This document shows, piece by piece, positions 56,402-62,415 of a stretch of 62,415 nt of DNA (position 1 is its first letter; each line of letters begins with the position of its first letter). Below the pieces are notes generated by a model. The model was not told the DNA's origin. It was given only the letters and a program-made list of their open reading frames with translations, and searched no databases. The translations under genes and the position numbers were made by a program. This stretch comes from Nocardioidaceae bacterium. Lineage in GTDB: Bacteria; Actinomycetota; Actinomycetes; Propionibacteriales; Nocardioidaceae. The stretch covers positions 1 to 62,415 of the forward strand of contig JAICKK010000001.1 of NCBI GenBank assembly GCA_025927955.1, written 5' to 3'.

Positions 56402-58126
56402 TCACCCGCCCGCGAGCACGGCGCCCACGGCTTCCATGCACATGCCCAGCGACACCGCACCCGCGTCCGGCGTGCCGAGGCTGCGCTCGGCCAGCGGCCG
56501 CGCGCGTCCCACCTTCGGGCGCAGCTGTGCGGTCGCCTGCGCGGCCGCCTTCGCCCGGTCGGCCGCGGCCGCCCACGCCTCGCTCAGCGGCCGCCCCGTC
56601 CCCACCTCGTCGGACAGGGTGTCGGAGAAGGGCAGCAGCGCGTCCAGCATGGTCTTGTCCCCCGGGCTCGCCCCGCCGAGGCGGACCAGCGCGTCGTAGC
56701 CGGCGCGCACCCCGTCCGCGACCGACCGGCCCGTCGGCCGGCCCCGGTCGCCCAGCACCTTGCCGAGCGCCGCGAGGGCGGCGCCCCAGAGGACTCCGGA
56801 CGTTCCGCCCGCCTTGGCGGCCCACGCGTCGCCGGCGGCGGTCAGCGTCCTGCCCGGACCCGCGCCCGAGCCGCTCGCCGCACGGGCCGCCTCGACCGCT
56901 GCACCGGTGCCGCGCACCATCCCGCGTCCGTGGTCGCCGTCGCCGGCGACCGCGTCGATGCGGCCGAGCTCCTCCTCGGCGGCCGCCACGGTGGCGGCCA
57001 TCGCCTCCAGCGCGGCCAGGACGGTGGCGGCCGCGTGGCGCGCCTCGTCGTCGGCCGGGCCGGAGGCGGCCTCCGCCGTGGCGGCGGCCGGCTCCGCACT
57101 CTCGCGCTGCGGCCCCTCACCGGACGGCTCCAGCGCGCCCTTGCGGTAGGCGGGACTGTCGGCCGGGGCCGACCAGAGCCTCTCGAGCTCCTCGTCGAGC
57201 CACATCACGGTCAGCGAGCAGCCCGCCATGTCGAGGCTGGTGACCAGCTCGCCCACCTCGGGCTCCACGACCTCGAGGCCCGCCTCGCGCAGGAGCCGGG
57301 CGGCGGTGCGCCAAACGATGAAGAGCTCCTCGTACTTGGTGCGCCCCAGGCCGTTGAGGATCGCGGTCACCCGGGTGCCCGCGTCCTCGGGGGCGTCGGC
57401 GAGGACCCCCTCGACGAGCATCGCGGCCAGCTCCGCGGCCGTGGGCATGGCGTGGTCGGCGATGCCCGGCTCGCCGTGGATGCCCAGCCCCAGGCCCATC
57501 CGGCCGGGCTCCACCCGGAACAGCGGCTCGTCGGCGCCGGGCATCGTGCACCCGTCGAAGGCCACGCCGAGGGTGCGGGTGCGGTCGTTGGCGTGCTCGC
57601 CGACCCGCGTTACCCCGTCCAGGTCGTAGCCCGCCTCGGCGGCGGCCGACATCGCCTTGAAGACCGTGAAGTCGCCGGCGATGCCTCGCCGCTTCGACCG
57701 TTCGTCCGCGGATGCGCTGGCGATGTCGTCGGTGACCAGGACGTAGCGTGCCTCGACGCCCTCGTCGCCGAGCCGTTCGACGGCCTGGGTGAAGTTCATC
57801 ACGTCACCGGCGTAGTTGCCGGTGCTGAACACCACGCCGGCACCACCGTCGGCGACCCTGCCCACCGAGGCCGCATCGGCGGCCGAGGGGGAGGTGAAGA
57901 CGTTGCCCACCACGGCACCGTCGGCGAACCCGGGCCCCACGATCCCGCAGAAGGCCGGATAGTGGCCCGAGCCACCGCCCACGACCACCGCGACCTTGCC
58001 GGGCCGGGTCCGGGTGGCCCGCACCACGCCGCCGGGTACGGCGGACACGTAGCGTCGGTTCGCGTCGAGGAAGCCGACCAGCATGTCCTCGGTGAAGGTT
58101 GCCGGGTCGTCGAAGAGGCGGGTCAT
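56402..58126 (-). CDS. derK: DAK1-DAK2 family D-erythrulose kinase
   Basis: [22 protein letters not shown]-terminus as recalled for mycobacterial DerK; [26 protein letters not shown]. Confidence 0.82.
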   Translation of the reverse strand: MTRLFDDPATFTEDMLVGFLDANRRYVSAVPGGVVRATRTRPGKVAVVVGGGSGHYPAFCGIVGPGFADGAVVGNVFTSPSAADAASVGRVADGGAGVVFSTGNYAGDVMNFTQAVERLGDEGVEARYVLVTDDIASASADERSKRRGIAGDFTVFKAMSAAAEAGYDLDGVTRVGEHANDRTRTLGVAFDGCTMPGADEPLFRVEPGRMGLGLGIHGEPGIADHAMPTAAELAAMLVEGVLADAPEDAGTRVTAILNGLGRTKYEELFIVWRTAARLLREAGLEVVEPEVGELVTSLDMAGCSLTVMWLDEELERLWSAPADSPAYRKGALEPSGEGPQRESAEPAAATAEAASGPADDEARHAAATVLAALEAMAATVAAAEEELGRIDAVAGDGDHGRGMVRGTGAAVEAARAASGSGAGPGRTLTAAGDAWAAKAGGTSGVLWGAALAALGKVLGDRGRPTGRSVADGVRAGYDALVRLGGASPGDKTMLDALLPFSDTLSDEVGTGRPLSEAWAAAADRAKAAAQATAQLRPKVGRARPLAERSLGTPDAGAVSLGMCMEAVGAVLAGG

Positions 58127-58177
58127 GCGAGCGTCCTTTCGGGCCTTGTCATGAGGAGTCGACCGGCTGCCGACGCA

Positions 58178-59302
58178 TCAGGCCGGGATGAGGGTGACCT
58201 TGACCGACTCCGTGCCGGCCGCCACGAGGTCGAGACCCTCCTGGAACCGGTCGAGCGGAAGCTGGTGGGAGCAGATCTCGTCCATGGGCAGCACCCTCGA
58301 CTCGAGCATCCGGATCGCGGCCGGCCAGCAGTGCGGGCCGAGGTGCGCGCCCAGGACGTCGAGCTCCTTGTCGTCGCTGATGATGCTCCAGTCCACGGTC
58401 ACGTCCGAGCCGAAGACGCTGTACTCGACGTACCTGCCGAGCTTGCGCAGGGCGTTGAGGCCCTGACCCACGGCGGCGGGATGGCCGGTGCCCTCGAGGT
58501 AGACGTCGGCGCCGTACCCGTCGGTCAGGTCCTTGGCCACCTGCACCGGGTCCTGCTCGGTGATGTTGACGGTGTGCGTCGCGCCGCACTTGCGCGCCAG
58601 CTCCAGCTTCCGCTCCGACATGTCGAGCGCCACCACCGCGGCGGGGCTCTTGGCGACCGCGCCGGCGATCATGCCGAGCCCGATCGGACCGCAGCCGGCG
58701 ACGAGGACGACGTCCTCGAAGCGGATGCTCGCCCGCTCCACCGCGTGCAGGGCACACGACAGGGGCTCGGTGAACGCGGCGTGCGCGGGCGGCAGGTCCT
58801 TGCTGACCTTGTGGACGAGCGCCTCGACCGGGAACAGCATGTACGACGCCATGCCGCCCGGGTGCCGGCGCTTGAATCCGTAGAGGCTGTGCGGGGCGCA
58901 CATCCAGTACTCGCCGCGCAGGCAGTACCGGCACTCCCAGCAGGGGACGATCTGCTCGGAGACCACGCGGTCGCCGACGCCGATGCCCCAGCGCTCCGCG
59001 GCCTCGTCGTCGAGCTGGACCACCTCACCGACGAACTCGTGCCCGGGGATGACCTCCGTCTCGGCCCACGCGGGCCGGTTGGCGTCACCCCAGAACTTGG
59101 CGGCGCCGTGGTAGCACTTCAGGTCGCTGGCGCAGATGCCGGTGGCCTCCACGCGGACGAGCGCCTGGCCGGCGCCCGGCTGAGGAACCGCCACCTCCTC
59201 CAGCCGGTAGTCCTCCGGCCCGTGACAGATGACGGCCTGCATCATGTCGGGGATCCCGGTGCCCGCGCTCGGGTGGTGCGTAGCTGTCTGGGTGGTGGTC
59301 AT
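58178..59302 (-). CDS. eltD: Erythritol/L-threitol dehydrogenase (Zn-dependent)
   Basis: GICASD.KCYHGA.KFWG, GHE, CWECRYC......MC, DWSIISD.KELD. Confidence 0.85.
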   Translation of the reverse strand: MTTTQTATHHPSAGTGIPDMMQAVICHGPEDYRLEEVAVPQPGAGQALVRVEATGICASDLKCYHGAAKFWGDANRPAWAETEVIPGHEFVGEVVQLDDEAAERWGIGVGDRVVSEQIVPCWECRYCLRGEYWMCAPHSLYGFKRRHPGGMASYMLFPVEALVHKVSKDLPPAHAAFTEPLSCALHAVERASIRFEDVVLVAGCGPIGLGMIAGAVAKSPAAVVALDMSERKLELARKCGATHTVNITEQDPVQVAKDLTDGYGADVYLEGTGHPAAVGQGLNALRKLGRYVEYSVFGSDVTVDWSIISDDKELDVLGAHLGPHCWPAAIRMLESRVLPMDEICSHQLPLDRFQEGLDLVAAGTESVKVTLIPA

Positions 59303-59360
59303 GGGCGGTTCCTTCCCTTGCGGTGCTGAGGTTGTGGGTGACGGCGAAGGGTCTGTGCAG

Positions 59361-60218
59361 TCATGGCTGCGGGTCGGCGGTCCGATCGCCCCTGCTCCGG
59401 TGGCGGCCGCCGCCCACCGGTGCGACGACGACGTGGATGCCCTTGGAGCGCAGGCGCCTGACGTGCTCGGCATGCGTGCCGGCGTCGACGACCACCGTGT
59501 CGAACGCCGAGAGCGGAACGATCGCGTGGAGGGCACGCCTCTCGAACTTCGTGTGGTCGGCCAGCAGGATCCGGGTTCTGGCCGAGTCGAACATGGCTCT
59601 CTTGGTGTCGACGGTCGCGACGGTCTGGTGGAAGGCGACGTCGTCGGTGATGGCCGACGTGGACATGATCGCGGTGTCCGCACGCAGGTTGGCGATGGCC
59701 TCGGTGGTCATCCGGCCCATGAACGCGCTGCACCAGTTGTAGTACTCGCCACCGAGCGCGAGGAGCGTGATGCCGCGCACGTTGCTCAGCTCGTTGATGA
59801 GCGTCAGGACGTTGGTGATCACGGTCAGCGGCGTCTTGGCGGGCAGGTGCTTGGCCATGTGGAGCACCGTGGTCGAGTCGTCGAGGAAGATCGCCTGGTT
59901 CGGCTCGACGAAGTCCATCGCCGCCAGGGCCAGCGCCTCCTTCTCCGCGAGCTGCCGGCTCGAGCGGTAGACGTCGCTGGACTCGATGAGGCTGGTGGAG
60001 GTGGCGGTCGCGACCCCGCGGCCCTTGCGCAGGATGCCACGGTTCTCGAGCTCGTCGAGATCCCTGTGCACCGTCATCAGGCTGGTCCCGAACCGCTCGA
60101 CGAGCTGCTCGATGCGCACGGTGCCCTCCGCGATGACCACGTCGGCGATCGCGCGCTGCCTCGCCAGCTGCCGGGTCTGGCGCGAGTCGGTGCGCGGGGG
60201 CTCCGCGGCGACGGCCAT
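59361..60218 (-). CDS. DeoR/GlpR family regulator
   Basis: S.MTVHRDL..LE; FLDDSTT; ADHTKF. Confidence 0.93.
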   Translation of the reverse strand: MAVAAEPPRTDSRQTRQLARQRAIADVVIAEGTVRIEQLVERFGTSLMTVHRDLDELENRGILRKGRGVATATSTSLIESSDVYRSSRQLAEKEALALAAMDFVEPNQAIFLDDSTTVLHMAKHLPAKTPLTVITNVLTLINELSNVRGITLLALGGEYYNWCSAFMGRMTTEAIANLRADTAIMSTSAITDDVAFHQTVATVDTKRAMFDSARTRILLADHTKFERRALHAIVPLSAFDTVVVDAGTHAEHVRRLRSKGIHVVVAPVGGGRHRSRGDRTADPQP

Positions 60219-60219
60219 C

Positions 60220-61962
60220 TCACGCGTCCCGCACGGCCGGGCGGTCGTCGAGCACGCCGCCGACAGCGGTGACGGCCAAGGCGAACGACACGGCACCGGG
60301 GTCCGGGGTGCCGAGGCTCCTCTCCGCGTGCGGACGGGCCCGTCCCGCGCGCGGGAGCAGGTCCGCGGTCGCCTCGGCGGCCGCGGTCGCCGTCCCTGCC
60401 GCGGCACGCCAGGCGTCTGCGAGCGGCGCGCCCTCCGCGACGCGTCGACGCAGCTGCTCGGCGAACGGCATGATCGCGTCCAGCATCGTCTTGTCGCCCG
60501 CCGTCACCTTGCCCAGACGTGCCACCGTCTCTGCCGCACTGCGGACGCCGGAGGCGACACCCGCCGCATCGGGCCTCGTGTCGTCGCCGGTCTCGTCCGC
60601 GAGCGCACGCAGCGCCGCGCCCCACAGGGCGCCGGAGGTGCCGCCGGCGCGGTCGGCCCACGCGTCGCCCGCCGTCCGCAGGGTGGTTCCCGCTCCGGCA
60701 CCGGCCTCGGCTGCTCGCTGTGCGGCCCGCAGCGCGGCGGTGGCACCGCGCTGCATGCCGATCCCGTGGTCGCCGTCACCGGCGACGGCGTCCAGCCGTC
60801 CCAGCTCGTCGGCGTTCTCGTCGACGGTGCCGGCGACCGCGCGCAGCGCGACCACCACCACCTGCGCAGCCTCCTGTGACTCCGCGCTCGCCCTTGGGGC
60901 GGGGACGTGGGTGGCCGCGTCCTCGCTGGCCGCCTCCTCGCGGTCGAGCGGCTCGAGGGCTCCCCGACGGTAGGCCGGCGCTTCGGCGGGCGACGTCCAG
61001 GCCTCCTCCAGCTCGTCGTCGAGCCAGCACAGGGTGAGCGAGACGCCGGCCATCTCGAAGCTGGTCACCAGCTCGCCGACCTCCGGGGCGACCACGCTGA
61101 GCCCTGCACCGTCGAGCAACGAGGCGACCCGGCGGTAGGTGACGAACAGCTCCTCGGACTTCACCGAGCCGAGGCCGTTGAGGATCACGGCGACGCGGGC
61201 CCCGTGCTGGTCATCCGCGGGCTCGGGGCGTTCGGCGAGCACTCGTGCGACCAGCAGCTCGGCGAGCTCGTCGGCCGTGGGCATCGACGTCTCCTCGAGG
61301 CCGGGCTCTCCGTGGATGCCCATGCCGACGGCCATCCGGCCCGCGGGGACGGTGAACAGCGGCTCGCGGGCGCCCGGGAGCGTGCAGCCGGAGAAGGCGA
61401 CCCCGAGGGTGCGGGTCCGGTCGTTCGCGCGGCTCGCGAGCGCCGCGACGTCCTCGAGGGAACGTCCCTGCTCCGCAGCCCAGGCCGCCGCGCGGAAGAC
61501 CACGAGGTCACCGGCGACACCGCGTCGCTTGTGGCGCTCGCCCTCGCCGGCGCTGGAGACGTCGTCGGTGACGGTCACGGTCCGGCACGCGATGCCGTCG
61601 GCGCGGAGCCGTTCCTGGGCCTGGTCGAAGTTCAGCACGTCACCGGCGTAGTTGCCGTAGCAGAACAGCACACCCGCGTCGGACGCCACCGCCCGGGCGA
61701 CCGTGCGGATCTGCTGGGCGGACGGTGAGGCAAACACGTTGCCCATCGCCGCCCCGTGCGCGAGTCCCCTGCCCACGAGCCCGGCGAAAGCCGGGTAGTG
61801 GCCCGACCCGCCGCCCACGACGACCGCGACCTGACCCGCCGGGGTGCGGGTCCGCCGCGCGACCCCGCCCTCGACCCTGCGCACCAGAGCGGCGTTCGCG
61901 GCGACGAACCCGTCGGTCATCTCGTCCGCGAACTCGGCAGGGTCGTTCAGGAGGTAGCTCAT
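60220..61962 (-). CDS. lerK: DAK1-DAK2 family L-erythrulose kinase
   Basis: MSYLLNDP..FA, GLAHGAAMGN.FASPSAQQI as recalled for LerK; GDGDHG, GDKTM. Confidence 0.75.
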   Translation of the reverse strand: MSYLLNDPAEFADEMTDGFVAANAALVRRVEGGVARRTRTPAGQVAVVVGGGSGHYPAFAGLVGRGLAHGAAMGNVFASPSAQQIRTVARAVASDAGVLFCYGNYAGDVLNFDQAQERLRADGIACRTVTVTDDVSSAGEGERHKRRGVAGDLVVFRAAAWAAEQGRSLEDVAALASRANDRTRTLGVAFSGCTLPGAREPLFTVPAGRMAVGMGIHGEPGLEETSMPTADELAELLVARVLAERPEPADDQHGARVAVILNGLGSVKSEELFVTYRRVASLLDGAGLSVVAPEVGELVTSFEMAGVSLTLCWLDDELEEAWTSPAEAPAYRRGALEPLDREEAASEDAATHVPAPRASAESQEAAQVVVVALRAVAGTVDENADELGRLDAVAGDGDHGIGMQRGATAALRAAQRAAEAGAGAGTTLRTAGDAWADRAGGTSGALWGAALRALADETGDDTRPDAAGVASGVRSAAETVARLGKVTAGDKTMLDAIMPFAEQLRRRVAEGAPLADAWRAAAGTATAAAEATADLLPRAGRARPHAERSLGTPDPGAVSFALAVTAVGGVLDDRPAVRDA

Positions 61963-62005
61963 GACTTCCCTTCCTCGGTCGGACCTGGCAGATGGAGGGA
62001 TGGTG

Positions 62006-62038
62006 GTGGCCGCCCCGGGGTGGGCCCGGGGCGACCAC
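62006..62038 (-). terminator. GC-rich stem-loop downstream of the binding-protein gene
   Basis: 14-bp stem GTGGTCGCCCCGGG / CCCGGGGCGGCCAC on the minus strand with one G-U pair; 5-nt loop; no U-tract. Confidence 0.6.
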
Positions 62039-62044
62039 GTGGTT

Positions 62045-62415
62045 CTACTGCTTGAGCGTGAACGGACCGCTGAAGTCGTTCACCTTCGCCTTGGTGATGA
62101 GGATGCAGTCGAAGGCCTGCTTCTCCGCGGACGCGCCGGTCTTGCCGGTCTTGAGGTAGTGGTCGGCCTCGTCGACCGCCTTCTTGGCGAAGGTCGCGAC
62201 CGGCTGGAGGACGGTGTACTGCAGCTCGCCCTTCTTGATCGCGTCGACCGCGTCGGGCGACCCGTCGAAACCGCCGACCTTGACCTGCTTGAGCTTGCCG
62301 GCCTCCTTCAGCGCGGCGATCGCACCGAGAGCCATCTCGTCGTTGCCGGCGATCACACCCGAGATCTTGGGGTGCGCCTGCAGCAGGGACTGCATCTTGT
62401 CGTGGCCCTGCGTCC
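62045..62415 (-). CDS. Sugar ABC transporter substrate-binding protein (D-apiose-binding type), 5' end outside the window
   Basis: AGNDEMALGA, GGFDGSPDA, TVLQP, FDCILIT. Confidence 0.85.
   Translation of the reverse strand, partial: TQGHDKMQSLLQAHPKISGVIAGNDEMALGAIAALKEAGKLKQVKVGGFDGSPDAVDAIKKGELQYTVLQPVATFAKKAVDEADHYLKTGKTGASAEKQAFDCILITKAKVNDFSGPFTLKQ

Overview
High-GC actinobacterial DNA (Nocardioides/Marmoricola-like by gene content and repeat style; this is an inference). From left to right: (1) a ~137-bp-period REP/BIME-like repeat; (2) the conserved actinobacterial pgsA2-DUF881-sbp-DUF881-gcvH-garA-ftsR-DUF151-MerR block; (3) an uncharacterised cluster of a PTPS-like enzyme, RibD-type reductase, GT4, Zn dehydrogenase and LPG-synthase-like membrane protein, facing a CDP-alcohol phosphotransferase and an LtaS-like enzyme; (4) a complete group 1h high-affinity [NiFe]-hydrogenase locus (hypAB-hhySLE-hhaABC-hypC/F/E/C/D-protease); (5) directly behind it, an ECF sigma/anti-sigma-led, translationally coupled cassette holding a full System I (CcmA-H) cytochrome c maturation system, an embedded uncharacterised diheme cytochrome c and its own hemA, which is the best candidate for an undescribed system; (6) MMPL, SPW protein/TetR, 8-oxoguanine deaminase, TDT transporter, a chimeric gene relic and a phosphoesterase; (7) a D-apiose/apionate and tetritol catabolic locus running off the right edge. 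All product calls come from motifs read in the translations and recalled family knowledge. No searches were run. Many start codons were re-picked relative to the ORF track.
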